Numbered from the stretch's first letter, positions 23,620-36,600 are shown. The stretch is 64,000 nucleotides of DNA from Eukaryota sp. TZLM1-RC (GCA_040285825.1 JAUPSS010000004.1:744001-808000); one strand, 5' to 3'. Program-made: numbers and translations. Notes: a model not told the origin generated them from the letters alone.

Positions 23620-25400
23620 TTTAGAACTCATAATACTATTGAAATGACCCAGAAAGAATTCCCTGAATTACGTATTGTTGCTTATATGGATGACATTTCG
23701 ATTATTGGTTCTTTTGAGAGCATTTGTAGGGTTTCTAAAGGCATTGCTGCGAAATACAAAGACATTGGATTAGCCTTGAATCCCGCAAAATGTCTCTTAA
23801 TTGGAAGAACAAAACAATCTCTATTGATTGATGATGTTCAAATTCCTTTCATTAATTATGAACAACAAGCGTTCAAGTTTCTTGGATGTTGGTTAGGTAA
23901 TTTGGATGAAATTTATTCCCAATTGAACAATTTATTGGAAAATTTTGACAAAATCTTAGTTTTATTGCTGAATTTGATATTAAAAAACACATCAAATTTT
24001 TTTATTTTAAAAATTTGTTATTTTAGTAAATTCACTCATATTTTAAGATCAACTCCTCCTCCAGTATCTCTTGATTTTTGTAGATCTTTCAACAAATTTC
24101 TGGTCAAATTTTTTTCCTCATTATTGGAGGTAAATGAATCTTTAATTCGAAGTCATGTTTTTTGTTCTGCTGATTTAGGTGGAATTGGTTTCACGAAATC
24201 TTCGATTTTATGTAAAGCAGCTTTTTTAGGAGGTGGAAAAAATTTTGTTTTTGAATTTTTTCAAAGGTTTCCTTATGATGTTCATCTGATCCATGGTGAA
24301 TCTAATTTTTATTTGAATCAACTTCAAATTGAATTAGATAATTTGCCTAGTGATATCTGGATTCAGTGTTTTCTTCAAAATATTCAAGAAATTCCCACCC
24401 GATCACTTCCAAATTTACGTTTTTGCTTGAAAAAGCTTCAGCACCATCTGGTTAAATTATATGAAGGCTTTGATTATGAAGTAAGACTTGGCTTGGCCAA
24501 AACTGAAAATCCCGCTTTCGGTAATTTTTTAAAGGATATTCGTGATAGCTCTGCTGCTGCTTTAGTAACTCAAATTCCCTCTGTTTATGGACTATTGTTA
24601 AAAAACAATGAATGGCTTTTAAACATGCGTTTTCGTTGTTTTCTGTGGCCAAGCAATTTGCCCAATCATTTGACATGTAAATGTGGTAAACCTCTTTTGT
24701 TTACTCATCTTTTGAATTGTAAACATTTCATTACATTTAGAAGCAAAGTGCATAATAACGTGAGGGACCAAATTTTTGTAATGTGCAAATCATATCGAGT
24801 AGATTCCTTTTTAGAACCGCTGTTATCAAAATTAATTCTTGATGATCCCAATATTGATAGTACGCGTTACAACAGAGCTTCTATGGGTCTGGCAAGAGGT
24901 GATCTAGTTGTTCCCGGTTTAAATGGTAGTTTTATTATTTTAGACGCCATGTCTATTGACCCTTGTAATTCCTCTAACAAACATCTCATTGACTCGGATG
25001 TAAATAATCCTCTTCTTGCAGGCGAAAAATACAAAATTGCTAAATATGCGAAACCCATTTGCTCGATTAATGAAAATTCTCATGTCCAATATAATTTATC
25101 TCCCTTTTTTTTTCCTTGCTTGGATCTTTAGGTAAGGCTGCTATGGCTTTCCCTGAGGATTTTGTTGTAGTTGTAAAGAAAAGAACTGGAAGAATTTTTA
25201 ATCGTGTTTACTGGCAAAACAGGATTGTATTTTCTATTTTTAAGGGAATGGTGAAACTGATTTCTGATTCACTTTCTTCTTTTGGGAAATTTTCCGAATC
25301 TTTGGCAATTAATTGTTTTGATGTAGGGGAGGCAGGTTTTGAGGATGTGGAGTTTTAATTGTGTATTTTATGTTTTCTTATTTGTTGTTGAATAAAGGAA
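23620..25400 (+). mobile_element. 5'-truncated CRE-clade element, family B (RT C-half, CCHC, RLE)
   Basis: ORF 23644-25131 with AYMDD, FLGC, CKCG..HLLNC and RGDLVV..LDAMSIDP. Continues by frameshift to 25358. Confidence 0.85.
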
Positions 25401-26040
25401 AATGATTTTTAGAACTACTTAAAAATCAATGAAAAAATTGAAAAAAGTTCGATTTGTGGTTTTATTGGTCATAATTTAAGAACAAGTTTTGGGGAAAAAA
25501 TTAAATTAAAATCTGCTCAATTTATTCTCCAAAGTTCCGTTTCAGTCGACGAAAATTTTAATTGTGCAGAAATATCCGTCGACGTTGATTTAAATGCTCC
25601 TGGTGCTCACTCTCCTTCCCCTTCTGAAATTAATAACCTTTGTTGTCCATTCTGCAGAAAAGCCGTTACAGATTCAAGAAATGGAAGAAAAATATTGTTT
25701 TGCACCAATTGTAAAACTGCTGATATTGTTAGACCTCCGATTCAGATTCCAGTAGAAAATAGCCCCGCCAGTACAATTCCCTTTTCAATGGAACTACGAA
25801 CTTTCATTGTTGAACCAAAATAATAATAACTGGATTATTTCATCCTTATGGAAATATTTTGCTAGAAAAACAAAAAATGTTTGTGGAAAAATTTTTGGAA
25901 CAAAACAATTGGAAAATCGAAAGTTATGCTTGCGTGGTGGGTATGGAGCTGCAAAACAGTCCTTGTTTTCCTGTTCTTTGGCTGTTGCCAATACTGAATC
26001 TCTTGAAAAACTTCAAAAATAGCATCCTCAAGAAAAGCAG
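25400..26040 (+). mobile_element. 5' part of another CRE-clade element, degenerate
   Basis: CPFC..FCTNC, SLWKYF and LRGGYGAAKQSL..LEKLQK*HPQE align by eye with the N-terminus of the 619-aa ORF (CLFC..CDSC, IFWKFF, LRSQYSSALKLL..LHPHE). Confidence 0.65.
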
Positions 26041-26743
26041 ATTTTAGATTTTATAGACGTAGTTGTGATAACCTAGTTACCAAAAAGAAGAAGAAAAGTT
26101 TGATGGACGATGAAGATTACTAGATTTGTGATAACTTTACTTGTTTAGAATAAAGTAATGTTTATAAGTTCTAAATATTTCTGTTTATTCAACATGAAAA
26201 CCAGAATTTGTATAATTGTGGATCGTTTGCTGTCTTGTGGAATACAATTTATTAAATTTATGATTTTCAAATAGCTTTTAGTTGATCATTAAACAAATAC
26301 CATAAAAGAAAATATCATATTTGTATTTTTAATAAACTAGAAATTGTTTCACCAAAGTTACTTTCTCAGCACAAGGTTTTTCCACATAGTATAATAGTTG
26401 ATGAGCTTATATGAAGAATATCAGCTAGTTATTAAAAAAAACTACTTCAAATTAAACGTCAATATTGAGTATAAAGTTTCAGTGTGAAGAATTAACGAAT
26501 CCTGATACATTATTTTTACAATTCTATAAAATTCGCAAATTTGCACCATCCACATATGTAAAATACTTGTACAAAGTTGGTTTTTTGCAGGACAGTGAAT
26601 TTCTTTCATTAATAAAATCAGTGATTTATTAACCCACCATAATACAATGATATTATCTTGCTTGCAATATTAGTTTCATAGAATAAATCAATAGAATAAA
26701 TAAAAATTGAATCATTTTTGGAATCTCGGTTGTCAAATCTGTT
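26037..26743 (+). repeat. Direct repeat, copy 2
   Basis: Match to 22376-23089, including the KKKKKSL.DDEDY* coding tail. Confidence 0.85.
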
Positions 26744-27821
26744 GAAACTCAAGAACATTTACCAGGTGTTGAACGTTGTTTAATTATCATTTATTATTGT
26801 TTATTTCGCAATATACCACCTTTTTTTTACAAAAAGACCATTAGTTCATTGTGAAAATACGAAAGCTTATATGATTTGAATTTTGTTTTGAATACAACTA
26901 TGAACACACCCTGTCACACACTATTTCTTGCCACAACCTACTTATCTTTCCTAATCTTTTGAGAATTATTTTGTTATAATAACTTTCGCCACACAAATTG
27001 GAAGAAAGTGTGTACTTAGTTACATGGGGCTCCTGTTTTTACAATTACTGAATTCTTTACCCCTCTCTTCGATAGATCAGATTTCATTTTCAATCTCACA
27101 TTTTTTTTACTCGGTTCAACATTGTCGAAAATTGATAGTGTTGTCCATTCTTTCACTGTGGGGTTAGAGAACCTGTTTAATATAAAATATAATAACCTGT
27201 TCAATAGCATTTTGATTATGAATATATGTTCATTTTCTGTATTTGAAGCTTTATGTGAAACAACATTATTTGTGAACGTTGCACAAGCCTAGGTTCTGTC
27301 TAATTGTTTGGCATAAGTTTTTGCCATCAACTTGTGGAAGACCGAATTCCCCACATATCCTTTAAATACATATTTCAATAATTCCTGTAATAATCTCCAA
27401 AACATATCCAAACACTATTCCCACAATTCATTTCACCATGGGTTGTGTTGCTTGTAAGAAGTTTCAGTATAATTTTGCTTGATCTAATTGTATATCAAAA
27501 GCCTGAACATATGTTTTGGAAAGATCGTGAATGTCTATCATTGAACATAATAAATCCTTTTTACCATAAATCGATTACGTTTTAGTTCAGTGTAATTTGG
27601 CTCAATACGAGATCTGGTGTAACTATTGAAATGTGCGTGCTTTATTGAACAATTATATTCCCTTCTTTCAGGCAGGAATTTCTGCTATTTTTTCAATATT
27701 GATGTATTCAATCGTTATTTGAAAAATAGTAGTTCCAAAACAAATCATATAACTAAAGTTTGGATGAAATCATTCAATAAAATGAATAATGATTTCCTCT
27801 GTGGTCAGCCCAACAACTGCT

Positions 27822-29010
27822 TTAAAAGTCGCTGAAAAATCTGTCAAATACATCACCTCTTGTGTAGCATTTTAATGGTAAAATATTCAAAAAAATAAAC
27901 CTTTCAAAACCAACATATAAATCTGACAATTCTTTCCTACAACGTTCTAGCCTTTCAGCAGCATATGAATGACCAGCATTCTTGGCCTTTTCGTACCATT
28001 TAATAGCTTGGTCAAGGTCTTTAGGTACACCTTGGCCATTTTCATAACGAAGACCTAAATAGTACATTCCATACTCATCACCCAATTCAGCAGCTTTTTG
28101 GTAATAAAACACTGCTTGAAAATAGTCTTGTTCAACACCATGACCATAGCGATAACAACGGCCTAAACTAACTATAGCATAAGCATCACCAGCATCAGCA
28201 GCCTTTTTGATTTAATAAAGAGCTTGTTGATGGTCTTGACCGACACCTTTACCATCTCTATAACAATAACCTAAATTAAACATAGCTGCTCTATTACCAG
28301 TTTCAGCTGCCTCGCTATACCAATAAACAGCTTGTTGGTGATCCTTTTCTACACCAAGGCCATGTTTATAACAATAACCTAAAATATTCATAGCACCAGC
28401 ATGGCCAGCATCAGCAGCTTCTTTGAACCAAAAAACTGCTTCCTGATAGTCTTTATTATTGAAAAAATTTTGCCCCTCCTGCCACATTTGTTTAGGCGCA
28501 AATGTAACAATAACTGCATTTGCCGAATTTTCAAAACCACCATCCAAATTCTGATCAAAATTACAACCATTGAGTTTCTGATTATTAATGTCAGTTAACG
28601 AAGAATTATTGTTTCTTTTCCTTGGTTGAACACTCTCAATTCTTCTTTTCCGATTGTCCCCAAAGTTTGAAGACTGAATCTTTGTTTGAATTTCTGATTG
28701 AAGTGCATTAATACTTTGATTTGAATGATCTTTATGGACTTAAAATTTTTGATTACCATAAGTCAATTGGATCTTTAATGATTCTGCTTCTGATTTAAAA
28801 AAATATAGTTGATTTCTAGTATTTTCAAGTTCTTTTTTAGCATTAATTAAGTCGTGATTATCGTTCCTAAATGATTTACCAACCTCTAAGAATTCAAATT
28901 CTAAATGATTAATCTTTTGAACACCTTCAGATTCACGTTGAGAAATTTGGTCAAGTTTTTTCTCATAAAGAGTCTTTAGTTGAGAAATTTCTTCTTGTTT
29001 ACGGTGATCT
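27822..29010 (-). pseudogene. Coiled-coil plus Sel1-repeat protein (4 full repeats), disrupted and 5'-truncated
   Basis: AMNILGYCYKHGLGVEKD, AMFNLGYCYRDGKGVGQD, GMYYLGLRYENGQGVPKD. Internal stop at 28212-28214. Confidence 0.8.
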
Positions 29011-29739
29011 GAATCACAACACCAGTTTTGAATGAACTATGATTTTTATTTGTTTACCTTTGATTAATTGAAAAATTTCGGAGTGAACATTGAATGTGGA
29101 CTCAAAAGCAAAGCAATTAACACTTAATTCAATACATAGTGTAAGTATTATCACTGATTCAATAGTCATAAATTAGAAAATAAGATAAAATCAGTGTAAC
29201 CTATGCACACAAAAAATGGCTAAATGTAAATCTTCGCTGAAACAAATAATTTCAGCTCTCCAAGAAGAAACCTTTCCCTATTTTGCTTGACATCTTGTGT
29301 CACTTTTTTGTATTGCTTTTCCCAATTTAAATAAAGAACCTTTTCTTTTCGGCTACATCTTTATTTTTCATGTTGCACAAATTGGTTCAGGAGTTTCATT
29401 TAATCATTTTTATATTTTAATTGAAAGTGTTATCAGAAATTGTTACATGCTGTGACAAAACAATAGGGTTTACACCATAAAAACCAAGACTTTTGAATAA
29501 AACAATTTTAATTATTGCCATTAGAAATGAATTAATTAATTGAGAAAAAATAAATGACTGTAATTCAGTTATTCTGCTCTATTTTTTTAGTTAGTTTTTA
29601 TTTTTAATTATTTTGCTCTATTTCGGTCTAACAGTGCCATTATAAGGATAAAACATGCCACTGTATTGACACTCCATTTTGAAATGACAACTGGTATTCT
29701 CAATATATGTAATTTGTGCATTTTGATGTATAACATTTC

Positions 29740-30000
29740 TGTTCCTACATACTTATTATTGGATGTTATGTTTGTTGATCCCTTTAATGCCTCAAATGAA
29801 AGTTTTGCTAATTCTGAAATTCATAAACCTCTTTGAAATGCTGCAGTTTTTAAAATCAAAAATACAGTCAACCTTTGTCCAAATTTTCCACCAAGCAGCA
29901 TGCAAAATACAATTTGAATCCATTTGTTCTTTTCTATTTGGTTCACTTGCTCCCACGAAGATACGATTTTTGGCAGATTTTGACACGATTGTAAAGAGAC
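29740..30000 (+). mobile_element. CRE RLE-domain relic (mirrored at ~61030-61255)
   Basis: Similar to 23165-23410 (gatcc..aatgcctcaaatgaa..aattctgaaattca). Confidence 0.55.
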
Positions 30001-31749
30001 AATTCTATCAATTCAAAAACACATAAAATTGCCAAGTCATTTTTTAACTGATGAAAATCTTCAGTATATTGTGATTATCATTATTTATTTCAATTAACTT
30101 GAAATACGTTTTGTATTCCACTTCAACACTGGCCTAAAAATAAAGATCTGATGAGAGGAAATTTTTTGAATCAAGGTGCCCTCTACCAAATACTGATCTG
30201 TTTGATTTCTAACGTAAGCATCCTGCTTTGATTGAATAACCTTGGTAAGTAATTGATGAATACAAATTAATTATGACAAAGACCTCAAAAATAACAAAAT
30301 CTTCTCATTGTTTTTTTTCAACCATTTTGTTAATTTATTTGAAGTCATTTACACTTGTACTTGCAGTGTTTCATTTATTGAAAATGGGAAACGAACAAAC
30401 ACAAGTTGCGTATTTCCATCTGTTTCAGATTGTTCAATATAAATATCACATGTTCTGTCTTGTTTCTTTCTGTGATTTCAAATGGAGAATTAAACAAAGG
30501 TGCACAACATTTAGGAAAATATTTGCACAAATTCTAAACAAACGCAAAACTTTGAATTGATGGCATAGTGAGTTACTTTTTGTTTTTTGGAATGAAATAT
30601 CCGATTTGTGTTGTAACTATTGACAGTTATTAGAACCAGTTATGATAAATTCTGAACGAAACAATTTTTATGTTCAACAATTGTGACGGGGTTTTGAATA
30701 ACCTTTCCTTAAACTCAAATAATCCATTTAGCATTTAAAAAAGATAAACTGTGGCTGCAAACCATTGACTGTGATAAAAATATCGTAAACTTGAGCACTG
30801 TTTTCTTTTTTCTTTTTGCATTTGATAAGTTGTTATGCTCTTTCAAAAATAAAATCTTTTTACTGTAAAATGTATCATTTTTGAAAAAACTTTTGGTAAA
30901 TTTTTCAATAATTGTCATACTGATAAGATTGGATGTTGATTTGTTTAAACTGACAACAGCTGTTGTAAAACTCTCTTCAGTCATATGCGACATTTTTTAA
31001 GAATGAAGCCACTATACTGCAATGTTTGCAGTATACAGTGAACTTTGGGCTAGGTTATTCCAAAATCGTTGGTAACAAATGGACATCCTTATCAAACTTG
31101 TAATGAGTCAGGCCAAACAAAGTGTCAGTTCAAGCAGAAGCGGGTGAGAGCATTGGTAAAAATTTGTTTCCAATTTGAGAACGTTCTTTTTTGAGGGGAC
31201 TAATCGTCGAATAAAAGATTTAATCTTCTAATACTATGATATTCTTCTTGATTAAAAGTCTTTATTGGGCGATATATTACTGCTGTTTCAATTGCAGGAA
31301 GTTTCTCATTACTTATTAAAATTCTATAATGAATATTGGTGAGGAAAAATATTTGCATCATTTCATTTAACGAATATTAGAACATAATGCTTATGTATTG
31401 CTATCTGCCAAGACTTGATGTAAAATATTTCTGCTGTTACTTAGTTATATCTGTTGTGTACATACGTTTTGCTATTCATATTTTTATTGTTGTGTTGGAA
31501 AAAGGTTATGTTTTATCAAAAAGCTGCACATTGTATCAGAAGTTGAAAATCAAAGCCGCTTTATAAAGATAAACTACAGAATATTTCCAAATTGTCCTAC
31601 CTTGCTTTACTGTTTAGTGCTGAATAATCACCTTCTGTATTACTTCTTTAATCCAACAACAGCTCAAAGCTTAATAAAAATTATTCACCGACTCAACGAA
31701 TAAATTTGTGGTTCTTCAATTATATGTATTGAAACAAATTTTCTCCTAA

Positions 31750-33981
31750 TTAAAATCTATCACCAAACCTTTCTTTGAATTCTCTCTTCTTTTCTTCAGT
31801 TAATTTGTTACCATTAAGTCTCAACTTAACCCTTGAATTCACCATCATTGCTTCAGCCAAAGCTTCAGCACCTTCATCATCAATATTGTTATCTTGTAAG
31901 CTAAGCAATTCAAGAGTATTATTAATTGTGAGAGCTCGACTTAAGAAAATTGCTCCTTTATTACCACAGTTATTGCCATCCAAATCAAGGTTAACCAGCG
32001 AGCTATTTCTTTCCAAAGCTTGAGCAAGGTCTCGAGCACCCTGGTACCTGATAAGGTTGCCACTCAACCCCAACCTCCTTAATGTACAATTGATAACCAA
32101 AGCATCAGCTAATGCTTTGCAAGCATAATTGGGAATTTTATTTACCCCAAGATCCAAAAATTCTAAAGAACAATTGATTTTTAATGATTGAGCAATTAAA
32201 AGTGCTGCTCGACCATTTATATAATTGTTTCTGAGATTCATCTCAATTATATGCTGATTCTCTTTCAGAAAACCTGCAATAATTGAGACACAGGTCTCAT
32301 CAAGCTTATAAGAAGTAAGATTCACTTCTCTTGCTTGATCATAAAGAGCTGATGTAAATGTGATAGGTAAGACATTAAAATGAAAATATGGGATATCACG
32401 AGCCGTTTGAAGTTCATATGAAAGCCCTTCATTACGTTCTTTTAATTGATTTTGATGAGCTTGAGCTGCTCGTAAATGTTGATCAGCATTTGAGAATTCA
32501 GTCTTTGAGGATTCTGCTTCTGATTTATAAATAACAAGTTGTTTTCTAGTATCATTGAGTGTTTTTTGAGTATTAATTAAGGCTTCATTGTCCTTCTTCA
32601 TTGAGTCAGCATGCACTAATAATTGGGATTGAAGTGCAGTAATCTCTTGAACAGCTTCAGATTCACGCTGGGAAAGTTCGTTTAAATTTGATTGTAATTT
32701 ATTAAAATTCTGTTCATAAAAAGTCTTGAGTTGAGAAATTTCTTTTTGTTTACGTTCTTCTAAATCAGAAATTTCAGCTAATTGTCGCTGATTGAGTACA
32801 GCAATCTCTTCTTCTAATTGATTATTATAAGTAAAAATTTTCTTTTCCTTGTCTTGTAATGCATCACGAAGATCAGCATTTTCACGTTGACTTTTAGTGA
32901 CTAAAGCATTTGCAGACTGCAAATCAGCTTCCAATTCTTTAATCTGAGTTTCTCGTTGGCTCAATTTTTCAAAGATAGCAGTACTTTCATCACGGAGTTT
33001 TTCAAGCTCCGAGGAAAGGATTTTATTATGATCTTGTAATTGATTTTGATCAGCTTCAGCTGCCGTTAACTGTTGATTAGCATTCCTAGTATCTTCCAGT
33101 ACATTTTCCATATTAATTATGGTTTCATTGTCCTTCTTCATTGAGTCAGCATGAACTACTGATCCGGATCCCAAAACAACATAATTTTGAACACCTTCAG
33201 TTCCCCATTGAGAAAATTCATCAAAATTTGATTGTGATTCATTGACCAAAAATGATTCCATATTTGGTCTCTTTAACGGCACTTCATTGAAAATTGAAGC
33301 TTTTCTGCGAAGATTTTGATTGTCCGTGGTTTTTAATGCAGCATGGAGTTCAGCATTTTTTTGCTGAAGTTCGCCGATAGAAGTTTTTGAACATTGTAAT
33401 TCAGCTTCCAATTCCTTAATCTTTGCTTCTTGTTGGTTTAATTCTTCAAAACTACCAGCAACTTCAAGAGCTCTTTGAAGTTCAGTGGAAAGAAATTCAT
33501 TACGTTCTTGTAATTGATCTTGATGAGCTTGAGCTGCACGTAATTGTTTATTAGTATAAGATAACCGAGTCTTTAATTGTTTGAATTTATTGATGTTGTT
33601 GTATTTAAATTCAACAAATTTTTTGCTCATTGTATTCAGCCTCTCCTTATGTTTCTCATTTTCTTCTTCTGTTTCTTCTATAGCAGAAGATTTCCTATTG
33701 CATTCTTCTTGTATTGAAGTCAAAGCGGATAAGAGATCAGATCGTTCCAGTTCATGTTGTTTAATATGAGAGTAACATTTTGTTAAAAGAATGTTCGTCT
33801 TGAAGGGGACATCGGGAACCACCGCCCTGCAAACAGGACAGGAGCGGGATCTTTCTTCACACCATTTGACGAAGCATAATGTGCAAAAGTTATGCCCACA
33901 AGGAAGGGAAACAAGTTTGGGCAAAGCCTCCTTGAAGCAAACACCACATTGCAGTGATGCAGAGGAAAAGGCGTCCTCCAT
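31750..33981 (-). CDS. 743-aa RING finger - coiled coil - RI-type LRR protein (putative E3 ubiquitin ligase)
   Basis: C3HC4 RING (CGVC..CGHNFCTLC..CPVC), long internally repeated coiled coil, 28-aa LRRs (LEFLDLGVNKI, LRRLGLSGNLI, LELLSLQDNNIDDEGA). Confidence 0.9.
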   Translation of the reverse strand: MEDAFSSASLQCGVCFKEALPKLVSLPCGHNFCTLCFVKWCEERSRSCPVCRAVVPDVPFKTNILLTKCYSHIKQHELERSDLLSALTSIQEECNRKSSAIEETEEENEKHKERLNTMSKKFVEFKYNNINKFKQLKTRLSYTNKQLRAAQAHQDQLQERNEFLSTELQRALEVAGSFEELNQQEAKIKELEAELQCSKTSIGELQQKNAELHAALKTTDNQNLRRKASIFNEVPLKRPNMESFLVNESQSNFDEFSQWGTEGVQNYVVLGSGSVVHADSMKKDNETIINMENVLEDTRNANQQLTAAEADQNQLQDHNKILSSELEKLRDESTAIFEKLSQRETQIKELEADLQSANALVTKSQRENADLRDALQDKEKKIFTYNNQLEEEIAVLNQRQLAEISDLEERKQKEISQLKTFYEQNFNKLQSNLNELSQRESEAVQEITALQSQLLVHADSMKKDNEALINTQKTLNDTRKQLVIYKSEAESSKTEFSNADQHLRAAQAHQNQLKERNEGLSYELQTARDIPYFHFNVLPITFTSALYDQAREVNLTSYKLDETCVSIIAGFLKENQHIIEMNLRNNYINGRAALLIAQSLKINCSLEFLDLGVNKIPNYACKALADALVINCTLRRLGLSGNLIRYQGARDLAQALERNSSLVNLDLDGNNCGNKGAIFLSRALTINNTLELLSLQDNNIDDEGAEALAEAMMVNSRVKLRLNGNKLTEEKKREFKERFGDRF

Positions 33982-34182
33982 AGGGATAAGAGAGGTGTGG
34001 AGGGTAAGGGTTGATCAACACCTTTCACTTTTCACTTTTCCAGATTCACTCTTTAAGATTCACCTTTGCATGACGTGTCTAGGATGATACAGATGTCTAG
34101 ATCTTTTGTGGTCTCCTTTTTCTTCACAAAGACCTACATCATAATAACTTTGCGACTTTTGTCAATAAGGTATATACTGCTT

Positions 34183-34200
34183 CCTCTTTAGTTATCCCTG
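34183..34200 (-). mobile_element. Orphan hAT terminal inverted repeat upstream of the RING-LRR gene (mirrored at 56768-56785)
   Basis: Reverse complement CAGGGATAACTAAAGAGG matches the TIR at 48441 at 17 of 18 positions. Confidence 0.6.
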
Positions 34201-35392
34201 ATTGATTCCAATAAAAGATAAAATCCTTGTTACTATCCCATCATTCTTCCTTTACCACGCATTTCGTCTCACTCATTATGTCATTCACTCTTTCTTTTTA
34301 GCTTGCCTCTAATCTTCGTTCTTTACAGGGGCCCTTGACTCCAGAATTCAGCTCAACTTATTGATGCATTGACTCTTATATCTGTCTTAACTTTTGTTAC
34401 GTTCTTTATCCCTGATTTGTTTGTATCCATTGCTTTTCCATCACTTTAGTTGTTTTTCTCACACTGGGAATCGAACGCTGGACTAGGCTACAGTTTGTTA
34501 CTGGGCTGATTTGTTTATTATTTAAATGGTCAATAATCTTATCTTTTTAAATGCCATGTCAATTTGCCTCTTATCAAGGTGGTTATCGACTCAGTTCCTT
34601 TGTGTTATAATCCACAGTGTATTTATTAATCTACTATTTGTTCAAATCTTTTAATTTAATTAATTTATCCATTTCGTTTTTTATGAAATGGCCGATACAT
34701 GCTAAGTTTATTCTACGGGTTTGATTTTCTCTGCCTCTAGTTTACCCCAATTCCTTTTTTAGTGTGACGGTCATTTTTGTTTTGGATCTACCATCAATGT
34801 ATTTCTTCCTGAATTCAATGTTAATCTAGCAAAATTGGGTTTTATTTGAAAATTCCCAAGTAATTGCTGGCTGTTATTTAAACTTTATTTGCATTCTTTT
34901 CAAATTTTATAACGGCATTCTGTTTATTTTTTGTTTTAGTTATTTGCAATTTTCAACGAAACAACCTTTACTCATTTTAATAAGATTTGGAACTTTGATT
35001 TTTCTGTAGTTTTTAAGAATTGTTTGATTTTCAATGTTAATTTTTTATTCTAACAACATGTTTTTTTTCAGTCATTGCTTAGTTATTCACAACTTTCAAA
35101 AGTGTCTCTACCAAATATTGGGAGTAATTCTCTTTATTTAGAGTCTCTATTCATAAACACAAACAAACTGAGTAATCATCAATCATTCAGTTTTTATTTG
35201 TTTGATGTTGATTACAGTCAAGAAAGATCTGATTACGTGTGTCCGTAAAGTCTACATGTTTTTGAATCTTTATTGGTTTTTGTTTTAAATTTAAACACCT
35301 GTGTAATTCACCTGTGGTCAATAATAGGTGAATTTTAATTCTCACCTCACAAATTTCTCACATCTTCTTTTTACTGTCCTTTATTCACTTCT

Positions 35393-36487
35393 ATGGGGGC
35401 CACTATCGACTTATTGTTGTCTGGTAATGATCTTAGGCTCCTCAAAGTACACGCTAGCGAAGACACAAAGATTCGTGCGGTGTACACCTTAGTCTTCCTT
35501 GAGAAAACACAACAAGACGTTGCTGAATACTACTGCGTTGCACAATCTACGGTATCGACTTGGTTACGCCAAGTATTTCCTAGTTCTGAATCTACTCCCA
35601 ATCCTACATCACGCAATCTCTTCCAAACTCCTTCATCTCGTCACAAACTAAACGAAACAGAGTCCTCATTTATCCTCCAACTTGTGAAAGAACAACCTCT
35701 CCTTTTTTTACGCGAAATAGGTAAGCTAGTTTTTACAAAATTTCGCAAGAAAGTTAGTGTAACAACTGTGCACAGATTACTAATCAAAAACAATTTTACT
35801 CACAAAAAATGTGCTAATTTGATGAGACGTGCCAAAAAAGAACTGATTCATAACTTTGAATTAAGTTTTCGAAGACTTTTTGGTGTTGTAATTCAACAAC
35901 AATTATTATTTATTGACGAAGTTTCGTTTAAATCAGAACACTTTGTAAGAAAAACTTGTTGGAGCCCTAAGGGAGTTCCAATTAATACTGAAAGACCGAA
36001 CTTCAAGGAAGGGCAGGTGAGTCTCATGGTGGCAATTGTCAATGGGCTAGTGATGTTTCATATTAAACAAGGTCATTTTAATCGCACAGGATATGTAAGT
36101 TTTCTACAAGATTTACTACATCATAAATTATTATCAATTGAAGGAGGAGCTAGATCAATAGTGGTTGTTGATGGTTGCAATATTCATAAAAATGCATACA
36201 TTTTCAGGGCTGTAAAATTGGCTGGCTTAAAATATTTGATTTTACCACCGTATTCTCCTGATTGTAACCCAATAGAAGCGTTTTTTGGTCTGCTTAGAAG
36301 AAAAGTCAGAGACAATTCGTTACACAGCCCACTGCAAGGTGTTAATCTTTTGCAGCAGCTATTACGTACAATGATTTTCAATTGCAGCAATTTATTTGAC
36401 CATAGTGGCTGGGAGGATTTTTGCCCATTCAGATCGCCATACTTGCATGGTATAAAGGCAAACTTTTTCAAAGATCATTTGGATTGA
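35393..36487 (+). CDS. IS630/Tc1-like DD34E transposase
   Basis: HTH regions, FIDE, VVDGCNIH, LPPYSPDCNPIE. 34 residues between the second D and the E. Confidence 0.93.
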   Translation: MGATIDLLLSGNDLRLLKVHASEDTKIRAVYTLVFLEKTQQDVAEYYCVAQSTVSTWLRQVFPSSESTPNPTSRNLFQTPSSRHKLNETESSFILQLVKEQPLLFLREIGKLVFTKFRKKVSVTTVHRLLIKNNFTHKKCANLMRRAKKELIHNFELSFRRLFGVVIQQQLLFIDEVSFKSEHFVRKTCWSPKGVPINTERPNFKEGQVSLMVAIVNGLVMFHIKQGHFNRTGYVSFLQDLLHHKLLSIEGGARSIVVVDGCNIHKNAYIFRAVKLAGLKYLILPPYSPDCNPIEAFFGLLRRKVRDNSLHSPLQGVNLLQQLLRTMIFNCSNLFDHSGWEDFCPFRSPYLHGIKANFFKDHLD

Positions 36488-36600
36488 ATAAAGTTTTGAT
36501 TAAAAATGTATTAAAAATAAAACAGTTTTAATTGATTATGTATTGAAAATAAAAAAAAAAGAACTTTTATCATCAAAAAACCAATACTATTGTACTACTA

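Noticed and set aside
26760-27620. Possible further hAT relic
   Set aside because: Only faint, stop-ridden similarity, with no TIR or TSD that I could confirm.
31010-31040. Hairpin tatactgcaa-tgt-ttgcagtata (mirrored at ~60005-60035) as a Helitron end or terminator
   Set aside because: No adjacent CTRR terminus and no Rep/helicase ORF. An isolated short palindrome is not enough.
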